Source: Entomortierella parvispora E1425 (Eukaryota > Fungi > Mortierellomycota). From it: DNA of 64,000 bases. The position numbers were made by a program, and so were the translations under genes. The stretch lies in assembly GCA_020891255.1 (NCBI GenBank), contig BQFW01000004.1:1488001-1552000 (forward strand), given 5' to 3'. Within the stretch, counting starts at the first letter, position 1; the number at the start of each line of letters is the position of its first letter. The notes beneath the pieces were generated by a model that worked only from the letters and a program-made list of their open reading frames with translations, did no database searches and was not told the DNA's origin. This document shows positions 15,468 to 29,726 of this stretch, in pieces.

Positions 15468-16426
15468 GCACAGTGATGAATGCATTCTAAAGAACCCATA
15501 AAAAGATATTCCACGGGAATGCATCCAACGTCACCGTCGACAGACACGCCTTACCACTGGTTTTTGCAATGGTAGGGAGACATGGTGGTAAACCTCGCAC
15601 GCCAAACTAGAATGGAAAATGGGGAAATCAAGTGTGGGCATTTATTTATCAAAATGGCTGTCAAGTGGGGACAAAGAACTTGGAGACCGGCGCGGATGAG
15701 AGGCAACAGAGAATGGGGGTAGAACAGCGGAGCAGAGGCGCGTTGCCCTTGTCAACACGATGAAAGTCATTATGCCATCCGCCACTCCACATTCTTGGAT
15801 GTCTTGTTCGCGTCGCCTCCACACCGCTTTAGACTGCGCCTATTTCTCTTTAAGTGTCTTCTATATCCTTACCCTCCTTCTGATTCGGAGAAGCACATAT
15901 ATTCAGCTGAACCTTCGAAGAGATCCACTACTTGTCATCGACAACAGAAAACTCTTTGATCATTCTGACCCTCAGCCATAAATAATTGCTCAGGGCAGAG
16001 GTGAGAACCCTTCTAGTAGGTTTCGACTCTGCTGGGGTGGACTCGAGTGCTTTTGTCGGCTCCCATTCAAAAGTTGGAAAATAAATCGGTTCGAAATGCT
16101 CTTTGAGTGCCGATTTTTAAGTGTAGGTACCGAGAAATCCTGCCAGAAGTCTGACACGGCAAGCCCACTCTAGGCCAATGAAGGTCATATGAATTGAGCG
16201 TGGAGCGTGTTTTTTGTAGGACACAGCAACAATGTCAGCGAAAAATCACCTGGCAGAAGGTTTTGCCAATTCGACCGAACTTTGGGTTCCCACCATCCGC
16301 CCAAACCTTGCAAATCCCGTTTTATGAGGGGTATAAAATCAGCTCCACGAAAAAAAAGTTGGCCTTTTCTCTCTTTCTTCTTCAATCAGTTTCCCTACCT
16401 TACACAACACCACACAGATACAAACC

Positions 16427-17741
16427 ATGCACGTCGAGAACAAAGTCGTTATCATCACTGGAGGCGCCTCGGGTACGACTCTAATATCGCTCTATTGACC
16501 GTCTTGAGTCCCGCGTCTTATTTTTTTTTTTTGTTCATGGTCTTTTTCAGGTATTGGAAAAGCCCTTGTCGAGCGCCTTGTCAAGCATGGGTAAGCAAGT
16601 GTGGTAACAACGCTTCCATGTAGAGGTTTATTTCATTACATTGTTCTAATATTATTTTCTTCCCTTGGCTTATCTAGTGCCAAGGTTGTTATTGCTGACA
16701 TGAACGCTCAGGCTGGTGAAGAGCTTACCATGGAGCTGAACGAAGGGTGAGTGATATGGAGGTCAAAATATGTTCAATCTGTTGCTGTTGTTGCTGGCCT
16801 TGAACGGATGTTGGCGCCATGGATTGGGAATGGAAACCGAAGGAATACCACCGACCGACGGGACAGTTTTTTTTCTTTTCAAATTTGAGTTTGGAAGAGG
16901 ACAAAGTCGGCGATGACAACTCTTCCTTCCGACTTTTCTTTGTCGTAAGCTCAGTTGTGCATTCGGCGTCTCCTAATGAATCTCCTCTCCTTCTTTGTTT
17001 CCCAGAAAGGAGCATAAGGTTGCTCACTTTGTCCAGTGCGATGTCACCAAATCTCTCCAGCTTGTCTCTCTTTTCACCGCCGCTGAGGAACATTTTGGAG
17101 GTTTGGACATTTTGGTCAACAACGCCGGTCTGTGGGAAGTTTCGGGCCCTTTCTTTGGCATCCCCGGCTCTGTCGTCGATGCCGATACCATTGCTGCTGC
17201 TCATGAAGAAAACACTCTCCGCCGTGTGTTCCCTTGGAAGAGGTTGATCGAAGTGGATCTTGTCGCCGTTCTTGAGGGTACTCGCATCGCTCTCGATGTC
17301 TTCCGGAAGCAAGGCCGTGGAGGCTTGATCATCAACACTGCTTCTTTGCAGGGTGTCAATGCCGATCCTATGGTCATGACCCCTGCTTATGTTGCTGCCA
17401 AGTTTGGTGTCGTCGGTTTCACTCGCAACTTCAAGGGGCTGGAACAGGGATTGTTGTATGAGGGCAAGTACAAGGGTGTGCGTGTGAATGCCATCGCTCC
17501 AGGAACGACCGATACGGCCATGTTGAACCCTGTTCGCCAGATCATCAAGGATACTCGCTTGCAGATGCAAACGGCTGAGCCTGTGGTCGATGCCTTCATG
17601 ATGATCATTGAGGACGACAGTATCAGTGGGGAGATCTTCAAGGTCACCCCTGAGGAAGGTTGTGTCCTTGTCCCTGCTGTCGATGGCGCTGGCTTGACTG
17701 GCGACGCTCGCAAGGCCCAGGGTCTCTCTCGCGAGGACTAA
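16427..17741 (+). CDS. Short-chain dehydrogenase/reductase (15-hydroxyprostaglandin dehydrogenase-like), 4 exons
   Basis: MHVENKVVIITGGASG|IGKALV..., CDVT, ILVNNAG, catalytic YVAAK (YxxxK), VRVNAIAPG. Confidence 0.92.
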
Positions 17742-18289
17742 TCGATGAGAGGAAGGAAAGAATGACTGACATATTAAAAAATAAATAAAAAAAAGTCCGT
17801 GGACGTTATAGCAAGCATGGACGTGTCTGACTATTATTGTCTCTTACGAGTGGATTTAGATATAAGAAAGCTGTTGCCCGATGGACTCGTCTCGATGGTT
17901 TCTCTACTTGCTATAGTTGATTGTTCCTGTCGGATATAACGGGAAAAAAAGGTTGGGGGGGAGTTGGAGATCTGTGGAGGTTCAAGAGTTTTTTTCCCGA
18001 CTCTAAACCAGTTTACAGACAACCTTGGCTCTCGAACAATTAGGTCGGGTGCTTGCAGTGCTGGTTGCTCGCAGAAAGCTTTTTTTATTGTTTGGCTGCA
18101 AAGCAGCACAGTTCGTTGGGAACTAAAAAGAGATTTTCTCATTTCATCTTGGCCACACAAGTCTCAATGCTTAAAAAAATGAAATGCTCTATTGGAGGCC
18201 TTTTTCTCAGATCTATGATTTCAGTGCTATGTGAAAGCTATGCTACTTTGCTAGTCGATCCGTTATTTTTTCCAATGAATTTCTATCCA

Positions 18290-21200
18290 TTAGTCGCTGT
18301 CCGTGTCCTAAGAGGAGATGAGATGGTACAGAGAAGACAATGTTAGTAAAAGTCCATAATCCAAGTATGAAGGTCAACAACAATATCAACCACAAAAAAA
18401 TCTCAAACAGTCTTGTCCTTACAGCTGGTTTAGGAGTTCCCTTGTCCGACGCCAGCCATTCCAGATGACGAAGGCGACGACGAATCTCCTGGGCCTTAAT
18501 CTCGTTCCTGCTCTTCTTCTTTTTCTTATTCACCACCACGATCGGCTTCTCGGCCTGTTCAAAGTTGCCCTCTTCCACCGCCGTCTTGCCATTGATCGTA
18601 ATCCTGCCCTCGGAAACAGACCACGTTTCTGGGCAAAGCGCGTTCAAGAACTCGCGGTTGTGAGAAATCATGATCACTGCCCCTCCCCAGTTTCGGATCG
18701 CCACCGCCAATCCTCCGAGAGACTCTCGATCCAAGTAATTGGTGGGCTCGTCCAAGACCAGCATGTGCGGGTTATTCCACATGGCCGCCGCAATCACCAC
18801 TTTGACTTTCTGTCCACCCGACAATCCGCTGATCATATTATGATCTGCAATATCGCCATCCAGACCCACGTCTTCCAAGTGTCGGCGAATACTTGAAGGC
18901 GTCAGGTCACGATAGCCAAGACCCTCACGAGAGGCTTCGCGGTCATCAAACTGGCGGACAAGCTTGTCGAATCCAAGCTCCAAAAGACGCTCGCGTGGCA
19001 TCCAGGTATTGAATTTGTGGACATGGTTCTTCCACTTGATCTCGTACTGGTACGATTTCTTGAGTTTCTGCCGTCCCATAATCATCTCGACCTGACGCTT
19101 ACTTCCATCGCCTCCAGTCACCCACTTCTCCATCTGTGCCAGCTCCTCTTCCGACATGGCAACAGTGGGCTTTTCGAGCACCTCTCGGTCTGCGCCTCCT
19201 TGGTAACGCCATTGGATATACGCATTAGGTGTCTTTTCGAGATGTTGCTCCAGATGGTGGAAAGCATGCTGAGCCACGTATCCAATACGCAAGTTGGGAT
19301 GTCTCCAGGCAGTGCCTTCCTGAGGTGAAGCCTCGCCGGTCAGCAATTTGATCATTGTAGACTTTCCTGCTCCATTAGGTCCGATGACGCCCACGCGCGA
19401 TGACAGGGAAAGTTGGACCGAGACATCATACAAGGAAGGCTTGGCCGCTCCTGGGTATGTGTAGGTACAATGGGTCATCTTCATGATCGCCTTGGTATTG
19501 GACTTGACACCGACCAGGAAACTGGGCTTGGGGAACTCAAACTTGACAGACGTCGCTGCCAGGGTGTAATAGGACTTTGCCTCGGGTTTGATCTTGACAA
19601 ACTCTGACAAGTTGCCCTTATACATACGAAGCTTCTTGCGCTCATAGTGCAGGATGTTGGTGCAAACGTTGTCGAGGAATCCAGAGTCGTGAGAGACAAT
19701 GATTGAGGTGACGTTCGTCTGGCTGATAAGATAGTCCTCGAGCCATTTGATGTTGGTGACATCCATATGATTCGTAGGTTCGTCCAAAAGAAGGATATCA
19801 GCATTCATGAGCATAGCGCGTGCCAATTCAAGCTTCATCTTCCAGCCTCCAGAGAGTGACGCCACCTTGCTGGTTTGCATTTCCTCGGTGAATCCGACAT
19901 CAGAGAGCGCCTTTGCGACCTCAGCTTTGGAAGTATTGGCGAGCTTCGCATCAGAGGCCACGAACTCTGCTACGCCCATTTCTCCTTGATCTCCTTGAAG
20001 CGCATGCTCGACGAACACCGTGCGAAGTACATCCGAAGAGGGGAATCCGTCCAGTTGACCAAGAGAAATGGCGCGCATCAGTGTCGACTTTCCTGCACCA
20101 TTGGGTCCGCAGAGACCATAGCGGTGTCCACGATGCAACTTGAGTTTTGTATGGTTCAACAACATCATACCGCCATACGCCAATGAAAAGTCAATGTTGC
20201 AAAGCTCCTCGCCATCCTCGTTGTCCTCTACAGATCCTTCACCGTTCAGTTTACGATCCAACTCGACGTAGTGACCCACGATGCTTTTGACCACAGCAGC
20301 CGCATCCGAAGCGGGCATGAACGCGGTGAAATAAGGTGTGACAATCTGATTCCATTCGCGGGGCGACAGGTTCTCTTCCCTGATGAGGACAATCGACAAA
20401 CTTGCCACGTGGATCTTGACTGCATCAAAGAAGGATGGGAAAAAGCCATACTTGCTCGCAGAACGATTGACAAGGTTGCGTGCCTCTGTCTCTGTAGGGA
20501 CAATAGATTCAGGCACAGTCGAGGGATCAAGCTTGACTGCTCCTCCAGCCTTGATAAGGGTATTCCTGGCCGCAGTCGCTAAAGCACGAATCTCGGGCGC
20601 AGCAGCCACGTCAATGATACGCTCCAGTCCTGGCAACAAATTGGGGAGGAACTGACCCGCCTCTGCTGGATCCTTAACCAACTTGCACAAATTGTCGACA
20701 ATGATCGTGGTCTGACGCTGGACATGTGCTGAACGCTCGTTGAGAGCTCTGACCAACAAGGGGACCATGATGGCAAGGGCAGGGCCATGCATGTCGGCAA
20801 CAAATGTGGTGGCGGACAGCTTCTCCATTACATCTGGGACTTTGTCAGGATGAGCCATGCAGTCGCAGAGATCCTTCAAATGGCGAGCGATATCTGGATT
20901 TCCTCCTACATTGCAGACCCTCAGCATGGTCTTTGTTGCCTGCTCTGCTACCTATGGAATCAACATGAAAGTGCTGTTAGTATCAACAGCATAGTAAAAG
21001 TAACGCAGACGGTGGCAAATACCTCGCTCTTGGTGTCTGACATGCAGTCCTTGACAATGGGAATAATCTCGGGTAGAGCAATGCCCACCTGGATGGGCGA
21101 CGCGTTCGAAAGGTCGGCCAACAACTGGAGAGCGCCCACCTTGGTCTGCCACTTCTTGCCCGGTCCGCTGATACTCTGGAACAGGACAGGAAGGATAATC

Positions 21201-21622
21201 GGGGCAGACTGCGAGGGCATGGTGGCCATGATGGCGATCGCAGCCCTGGCAGCAGCATCCTGGACCACAGGTCCCTTGTCCGCATAGAGGTCCAAGACTG
21301 TGGGCAACAAAGGGGTCAGGAACGGCTCAGAAGGACGTCCCAGGATCTCGGCCAAGGCACAGATTCCAATCAAGGCACCCTCTCTCGCCAGGCCAGACTT
21401 TTTGTTCTTGGCCTCGGTTTCAAGATTGGTCAGGATGTTCTGGGTCTTGAGGTTGATGAGTCCATCCTGTTGAATCTTTGCGGCCATAGCGCGAGCAATG
21501 TCGTCACATTCTTCACTGGTGGGGGCAGTGTAGAGCTGTGAGAGCATGTCTGCAAGGTCATTGATGTCGCCCTGGGTAGGAGTGCTCGATGCAGCGGAGG
21601 TCGTGGCAGATGAGGGCATCAT
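18290..21622 (-). CDS. NEW1: eEF3-like ABC-F ATPase New1/Elf1
   Basis: HEAT-repeat N-terminus, two ABC cassettes (GPNGAGKST, LSGGW/LSGGQ, LLDEPTNH, VLDEPTNY), chromodomain insert QYEIKWKN..NTW. The C-terminus SRNEIKAQEIRRRLRHLEWLASDKGTPKP is New1/Elf1-type. The last exon encodes DTDSD*. Confidence 0.9.
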
Positions 21623-22445
21623 TGTGGCAGCGAGAGTGAGACTGACTACCTGGAGAGCAAAGAAGGGAGGAAGGGAGAACGAGGAAGGGACGCGGGAGTA
21701 AAGAAGGACAAAGGAACGGGAAGAATGAGGGTAGGGAGGCGGGCAGGCAGGATGGGGGGATGAATGACGAAGAAGAAGGAAGAAGAGAAAAAAGAGAGAG
21801 AGAAGGGACAGATAGCAAGACAACAGGGGAGATGCAGCGTGTGTCCAATGGTTCTTCTGCGTGGGTCTGTTTGTGTGTTGCCTTGTCTGTTCCTCTGCCT
21901 GTGTGCGTCATGTCATGGACCCATGGACTTCATGGGGTGCACAGACTGCAGCGGGCGAGGTGCAGGGAGGGAGTCGCACAGGCAGATACCCTTTGACCTC
22001 ATTCTTGTTTTCTTTGATTGCCACAACCACTGCCGCAACTGCTTCTTTGACTGTCTTCGTTAGAAAAGGCCATTCCTTCTTTCTTCCTCCCTTCCTTCCT
22101 TCGTGTCCTTCTTTCCCGCACAATGTGGGGTAACCGATGCTGACAGTCGGCTGAGAGCCGTGGGCGAATGGCGCGCGATGTGTGACTGGATTCTGGGGTT
22201 GGTGGCGTTCTTACGAGCCGCACTTGGGCGGAGTCGCTCTTTTCTCTGTCCCTGTGAGCACAAAGACTATGTTACGACGATGCTTTATTAGTTGGAGAGT
22301 AGAAGGGAATAGATAGATGGGACGGAAAGGATAGATTGGATAGATGAAATAGAACAACAGCTCAACCAGAGGAGGAGCTTCGTTTTTTCTTTTTGTTCTG
22401 TTTTTTTTGGGTTCAAAAGACGACATGGACAAAAAAACGTTTTTT

Positions 22446-25181
22446 TTACTCGTGGTTTCTATCAGCACCATAGCTCGCCATGGCGTATTGCTGAGGAACA
22501 GTGGTCAGCCCAGCCTTGTAGGAGCTGCCACTGTTGCTATGATACAAGGTTCCGTTGCTGCTGCTGCTGCCACCATCACCATAGAGCGATGACGAAGACG
22601 GTTGTCGGTGGCTGTACTTCCCCGGTCTATCCTGACCGGCCAGTGTCGTCGTGGACGTGTAAGCACTCATCGGTCTCATCTGATGTTGTTGGGCTTGCTG
22701 CTGGTATTGCGGATAGTGTGGCTGCGGATACTGGTTCGGATTGGCCTCAAATGTAGGCCGACGCTGGCCAGAAGTGAGAGCAGCCGGCATCGAGTTCACG
22801 GGATGACTCAAGGACTCTCTTCCTCGGACAGCTCTTCTTGCAGCTACAGCAGGGATGTTGACCGAATCCAAGAGTTTTTGCTGCTCCGAGGCTGTTGGCG
22901 TTGCCATGGTCGACAAGGATGTTCCTGACTCTGGAGTCGAAAACAAAACTGTTCCACTCTGAAGTGACCCCTGTTGCTTTGGTGGCGCAGGCGAAGAGCT
23001 ATAGCTCGTTGGAGGCGTCGTTAGGGATGTCAAGGTCGAATGGCCAAAGGAAGTGGACGGGGAGGAGGGAGTGGTGGTAATCGAATTGGAGTGGTCCCGA
23101 GGCGAGGTAACACGATTTCCGCCGGTGTTTTGCAGAGGTCTAGGTAATGACGATGAAGGGACAATGATATTTTCACTCATGAGAGCGTCACTTTGAAAAT
23201 AATCACCAATCTTTTCCTGGTGGTACTGCTGCTGTTGTTTCTGTTGTTGCTGACCACTTCCGTTTCTGCCGTTTCCTGTGCGGTATGGTGTCGAAGGATC
23301 ACGGAGACTGTGGAGGGTAGGGCTACTGAGAGGAGAGTTGCGAAGTCTCTGCTGCTGCTGGTGATGATGGCCCGTTAACGAGACCTGGTCCTCATCTGGA
23401 TTGAATCGATCCTGACCAACACGATCACTTGGACTGTCGGGTCGGAAAGCCTTAGCCACGGGTTGTGGCACAAGGGGCATCGCATCAATTCGACCGCTGC
23501 TGCCCCCTCCGTTTCCACCATGACGATTATTTGTATTAGTTCCAGACTTTGTGACAACGCCGTCCAATGTACCGCTGTTCATCTTTTGGTCGATACCGGG
23601 TCTCATTGTTCGTCCTCGACTGAGTGAATGCGATCGCTTGACCTTTGTAAAGTCGTAGACAATGAACTTGTCTTCCATCATCTGCATTTCTGCCGATAGT
23701 TCGGTCTCTGGTGAGGTCTGAGCTCGCTTCTTTGCCTTCAAAGGATTGTCCTCCATCAGCAGCTCTTCCAATTCGTGCGTTGCATCAAAATTGGCTCGTT
23801 TGGAGTCGGGTTCGAACGGTGGAAGGGCTTCTTTGGTCACTAGCTTGTCCCAGTCGATCCCATGGAACCATGGGTGTTTTTTGAACGCATCCAATCCTTC
23901 TGGTGTACAGCCCATTCGCTTGCTAATATCGCGTTCGCAGAGCTATATGTTCATAGAGGTTATGATTGTCAACAAAAACGTCAATTTCTTTTTTTTTTGG
24001 GGGGGGGGGGGGCACACTTCAGTTTTTTTTTCTTACCTTTGAAAGAACGTCCAGACATGGTGCGCTCACCAAATCATTGACGTTTTCAGGGAATGGCAAT
24101 GGGTCACGCAGGATGGAATTAGTCAAGAGGTCGTTGCTCTTTCCTCGGAAGGGACGCTTGCCGAAAAGCAGTTCAAACATGACAACACCTAGACTCCACC
24201 AGTCGACTGATTCGAAATATCCCTTTCTCAGTAAGACCTCTGGCGCCATGTAAGCCATGCTTCCTGCTATTGAAACCAAGGGTTTAGATGGGTTATAGTA
24301 GACTGCGATATTGAAGTCTGTGAGATGGGCATGCCCATGCTCGTCCAGCAAGACATTGTCTGGCTTCAAGTCTCTAATTTTTTTTCATTTTTTTTTTTTT
24401 TTTTTTGGTTTTTGGTCACAAAAGGACGGGAAGGGGAAAAGTGTGGCGTTAGGATAAAACGTTCTTGTTCCCAAGAGAACCACTCCGTCTCTGTGAGTGG
24501 AACCACTCTCTCTTAATGTCTGGTTACAATTATTATTATTTTGTATTCTTTGTCGCCACCTTACCTGTGAATAATCCTGCGTGCATGAAGTGCGTCCAAA
24601 GCCAGAGCCAATTCCGCAACATAGAACCGGACTACGTCCTCACGCATGGGTCCTGCTCTCTCCAGATGGAATCGGAGATCGCCTCCGAGCATCAAATCCA
24701 GAACCATAAACAGGTTCTCATCGTCCTGGAAGGCATAGCGTAAATTGCAAATCAATGAAAACTCAACCTCCTCCAGCAGCCGTCGCTCCTGAATGATATT
24801 TTCGACTGCTCGCATCCGGATGCATTTGGCCTTGTTGATGTACTTGAGTGCGTAAATCTCTTTGGTGCGTTTGTGTTGAACCACCCGTACTTTTCCAAAA
24901 GCGCCTTTTCCGACTGATCGCAGTAGGTGAAAGTGAGACAGCTCGACTGGGAGGGTGCGGAGAGGTTGAGAGCGGTTGTTTTGGAGAGGTAGAGGGGGGG
25001 ATGGTCGAGCTGGTTAGTGGGTCGGTCCAGTCCTTCTCGTCGGAGAATAGTAACCATGCAGCAGAGCAAAATAAAAAAATAAAAAAAATGAAAGAGGTGC
25101 CAGAAAGTAACACGATAATCATCTGCACTTACTCTCTGAGTTGAAGTCGATGGCCTCTTCTTTACAGCAGCCGGCACCCAT
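22446..25181 (-). CDS. STK32: AGC/YANK (STK32-like) Ser/Thr kinase with Q/S-rich tail
   Basis: [16 protein letters not shown]|..[36 protein letters not shown]|[17 protein letters not shown] (YANK-type DFN) ..[23 protein letters not shown]. Confidence 0.9.
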
Positions 25182-27538
25182 GTTGATATGCTGAAGGTTA
25201 TGAGGTCGTTGATGTTGTTGGGAAGGGGTATATTGGAAACGACGTCTGGTAAAGGATGTGCGAGTTCTGGTAAAGGGGGAAACGGTCGTTGCTGATAGGT
25301 GTTCCTGAAGGGAGCTAGACAAATGCTAATCGACCCTGGCGGACTGTTCAGGGGGTGTTTTGAAGTAGGCACTACCGCGAACAGACGTTGGTGGGATAAT
25401 AGATGCAACACAGTGATGTCCAGAGACGGAGGAGCAAGGGCTTTGTTTGTGTCTGGTGCGACAGAGGGGAAGGAAAAAGAAAGCGAAAAGGTTAGTCCTC
25501 TATTGATGTCTTTGCGTAAAGAGGTGACGCTAATGAAGAACTGGGCAAAGAGGGGGCTCGGGGGCGAGTTTGAAGAGTGGGTGACCAGGACGGGGGCCCG
25601 GTCATCTGCTTGCCTCTCCAAGTGCCAGCCCATGCGTCAGAGATCCAGGAAATACGCACGCTTTTTGAACAAGGCTTGGGTATGAACCCGGGGAGATCAA
25701 CACCAACGGAGAGGGATATGAATAAATGGAACAGACGAGAGGATAGAGAGATCAATGTCTGGTCGGTTGATTGATTGATTGGGAAGGACAAGGAAGAAAG
25801 ACAGGATGGAGAAGAGGGGAAGGAGGAAGAAGAGGAGGGGTCCAAAAAGGGAGGAGAGAGGGAGCGCGGAACCTTGGACTTAAAAGAGGACATCTCAAGA
25901 GCAGAAGGCAGAAGCAGCAAACATTTAATGCAGCCGGAGCAGAAAAGACAGCGACCGCACGATAGCATAGGGGAGGAGTAGGGGAGAAGAGGAAACACTT
26001 TTTGACGACGACCGACAGCTGCCTCAAACAGCAGCGGGGGAAAGACCAACGGGACCACGGAGAAGTCGCCGTGTCTAACTGACTGGCCAGCTGGCTTTGC
26101 TGGACCTTCAAGCGAGCGTCCGTTGTCAGCGGCCAAGAGGCTAAAGACAAGAGAGAGACCCAGGAGGGGGGCGAGGTCCAGTCTGTGCAACGTGGGATGA
26201 AAAAAGGTCGATGGAAGGGAAGAACGAACGAGGATGGGGATCGCGAACAGTAATGGACAAAAAACGGATGGATGAAACCGCGTGGGTGTTCGTTCTGTGT
26301 CTCTGTCCCTGTGCCTGAATCGAGTGGTGAAATTATTGCGTGCTGATTCCTGCTGGGAGTGGAAACGAGAGAGAGAGACAGCGGGGAGGAAGGGTAGAGC
26401 GGATACTTGCCTGGCTGTCTGTGTTTGTCTGTCTGCCGTCGAGGGTGGTATTAGTGGAGCAGGGAGGAAGGGAGGGAGGCAGCAGTAAGGAAACTGGGAG
26501 AAGACCAAATTACGGATGGATTAACAACAGAGAGAGGTGGCAATGTGGGAAGAGGGCATGACAATACAAGGGGGCAGAGTGAGAGAGAGAGATGGTAGGG
26601 TGCGAAGGATGGAATTGCAAATGAGAATGCAGGAAATGAGGATGAAGGAAGGGAGCGACTTGGGATTCAGACGCACCACGGACCACGGGCACTGTTGTCT
26701 ATCTCGATCGAGACAACCCCCACTTCGTTCTATCCACAACAACCAAGGACGCTCACTCCGTTCCTCGTCCTTTCCGCCGTTTTCTGTTTTTTTTATTTGG
26801 CTGTCTTTCGTTCGTGGAGAGCGTGTTGCGATTGAGTTTGGGTGGGCGGAGGACAGGAATGAAGAGTACTGTTCTGCTTTGCTGGTGATGAGAGCACCCG
26901 TTCCAGCCGTTTGCCTCTTCCTTGAGGCTCCTCTCCAGCCCTTCTTCCTGTTGCGCGAATGCTCTCGAGGTCTCCCCCCAATTGTGAACCAACTCTTTGT
27001 CTCCGATGACCGTTGTACTCTCCACAAGCAAGACTTTATCAGCGACGCGAGCCGCGTTGGACGCGTCGTATTCCAATGTTATCCTAACAAAACAGAAAAA
27101 AAGGTACTACAGCCATTTGGTCTGATGGAACCTTGACCCCGAAGGATGGGCTATCACAGGCAACTTCACGCCACTGGCTTGGGTCCAAGTCTTCCTTTTT
27201 GAACAAGTCCCATCGTCCCTCCGCTATTCCGCTCCCTGAACACCTCCTTCAAACAGCTCACCCCAAGGGCTGCTCCTGGCTAACACCTGATGGCCGTCAT
27301 AACCGGATGCAGCTCCTTACAGGTTTACAAAGCCACGATTCGGGCTCTGGAACCTCGTTCAAGAATACTTTCACTGGATGATGTTTAACAATGAATCTAT
27401 GCTTTTATGATGAGTGAAACTAACAATTACATCCCTGTGCTTCCAAATAACCCACGGGCGAGTCTACTTGGGTTAGATCCAAGTATCGAGTTGCCTGATA
27501 TTTGTCGAAATCCGGCACACTCCTAGAACAAACTCACT

Positions 27539-28698
27539 CTAGACGACGATCTCGTCCTCAATGGCCCTTGGCTCGAGTCCCAAACGATCAAGGCAGACGT
27601 GGTAACGGTCTGGGTATGCCTTCTTCAAGTACTTGAGCACAGTCTGACGCTGATGGATCAGCATGCGGAGACGACGGTAGTTGTGCTTATCCTTCTTGTT
27701 GTTCTGAATGTGGTTGTGCAAGTTTTGGATCCTGACAGTCATCACGGCAGCTAATTTTTTTTTTTTGAAAAAAAATATGACAATAATTTTAGAAAATTGA
27801 CTTCATCCACAGCATTGCGTTGATACTGATCCAGTTTTGATGCGCCATCCTGATGATCGACCACTTTACCTTGAACCTCAGGGCTTCCGGTATCACCCTC
27901 CATTCTCTGGAAGGCCAGACGTGCCCTCCGGACATTCTCGAGAGTGAGCTGCTTTGCGTTTCCGTTCTCCAAGGCGGTAATGCGGCGAACAAGCTCAGCC
28001 TTTTGTTTCTCAATTGGCAACTGGTTTTTCTCGTTGACGAGCGTTGATCGCACCATAAGCTCCTGAACCTGAACCTCAGGGACCTTGTTGAAAAGCAAGT
28101 CAACCTCCTGATCTTCCAAAAAGTGCTGGTATCCTGAAGGCTCTGATGTCGAAACAACTAAAGGTGTCCTGGACGAAGAAGATCCAAAAATGGACGATGA
28201 TAATGGCGAGGAAGATGAGGGAGAGAAAGAGAAGGCGCTCTTGCTGCTGGAGGCAGTGGTGGCAGGGGCGGCGGCGGCGTTGTTGTCAGTGACAGGCTTG
28301 ATGGCAGCCAAAGGTGCCTGGAAGACCGACTGAGGTCTCAGGAGAGAGCGTGTGAACTCGGTCTCCTTGCCAATGATATAATCAGGAGTCGAGTTTTCCA
28401 CCTCGAGACGCTTCAATTCCTGTTTTTGGAGGTTGCTTTTGCGGACCTGAATCACAATGTCCTTGCGGGATCTGCGAGGTCTGGCAAGAGCAGAAGCGGA
28501 TGTGTGGAATGAGCTGGCGGCAGTCGTTGGCTTTGATGAGACAGCTACGATTGAGGGCAATGAGATTAGATTCAACTCTTTCTTATGAATGGTCGCTGGA
28601 ACACTCTAGATTTGAGCGAGTGAAGTCTGCTGTGCTGTTCCTGAAGATTAATTACCGATGGAGCGAGCGCCAGGCAGAGCTGAACGCAGACCAAACAT
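27539..28698 (-). CDS. MRPS15: Mitochondrial ribosomal protein uS15m (3 exons)
   Basis: Presequence-like MFGLRSALPGARSI; GDTGSPEVQ|AAVMTVRIQNLHNHIQNNKKDKHNYRRLRMLIHQRQTVLKYL S15 signature. Confidence 0.92.
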
Positions 28699-29726
28699 GG
28701 CGAATATAGGGGAGGGGAGGAGGAGGGTGAAGTAGAGGAGGGACCGGAGTGGAGAAGTGAAAAAAGAGACGATGCGGATGATGCACGAGTCAATGGAGGC
28801 GAAAGTCAATGTGAATGCGAATGCTCCGGCGAGATCAACTCGCCACATTCTCAACAACACAAGAGGCAGTCACGATGAAAGTATGGGTCACGTGAGTGAT
28901 TGCCACCAATTTTGGTCGCCCACGTTCGATTCGTGGCAAATATAGTGTATTCAGCAACAAAGGCTAAATACATCTTTTTAATATGTTGGTTGTCCCTTGG
29001 AAAGAAAAGGAGAGGTTGTCCATTGGAAAGAAAAGGAGAGAATAGGACATGTAGTGAGTGAAGCAGTGAATTACATCCATCCTTTGCCCCTTGTTCCTTA
29101 CGCACCTTGTGCCTTACACCTGATGCCATGAATCGATCGACGGAAGAAGCAAGTGATCGGTGAACTTGTACTTTTGATCGTAGGCCGTGCTGCAGGGCCG
29201 AAGACTCCGGAGGTGCATCAACGCATCGATTCACAATTAAAATATCGTAACTCCAAATAATAAAGATTCAGGCTGACAAGCAACTTTCGATCTGGCCTCG
29301 AATCAGGGCAGTGAGGTAAAGACGACTCGAACCCAACAAAATGCGGTCGTCTCGGCGGTGTTTGATCGTCGGTGGATCGATTCAAGCCAGTCCGAGCGGT
29401 GCCTCTCCATTCGCTGAGACAGGTGCCCCTGGACGTGGAACAGGCCGAATCCGTCGCTGGTTTTCTCCACACTGTTCTGATTTGATGGGTCGAAGCTCGA
29501 CTCTTTAAAAGAAGAGACTCCCCGTGAAGCCCTTTGCTCCTTCCTTCTCCCTCCCCTCCCCTCCTTCATCTGTACCTTTTTTTCCTGAAAAGAAAGGTCG
29601 TTGAAGCTCTCTAATCTTTTCTCGACTGAACGATCTCTGTGCTTGACCACCTTTCATTCCCTCTCTCGACCCCCTCTTGTTCTTTCCCTTATCCGATAAC
29701 GACCCACACTCCATACACCTATAGCC

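Noticed and set aside
27115-27381. Short peptide IWSDGTLTPKDGLSQA reminiscent of RNA polymerase alpha subunit
   Set aside because: Similarity is limited to ~15 residues, with an in-frame stop just upstream and no further homology.
27407-27498. ATGATGA...CTGA C/D-like spacing
   Set aside because: No terminal stem, no recognisable rRNA guide, no host intron; it lies antisense to the MRPS15 3' region.
29324-29333. Pol III B-box-like GGTTCGAGTC on the minus strand
   Set aside because: No T-stem pairing, A-box or cloverleaf around it.
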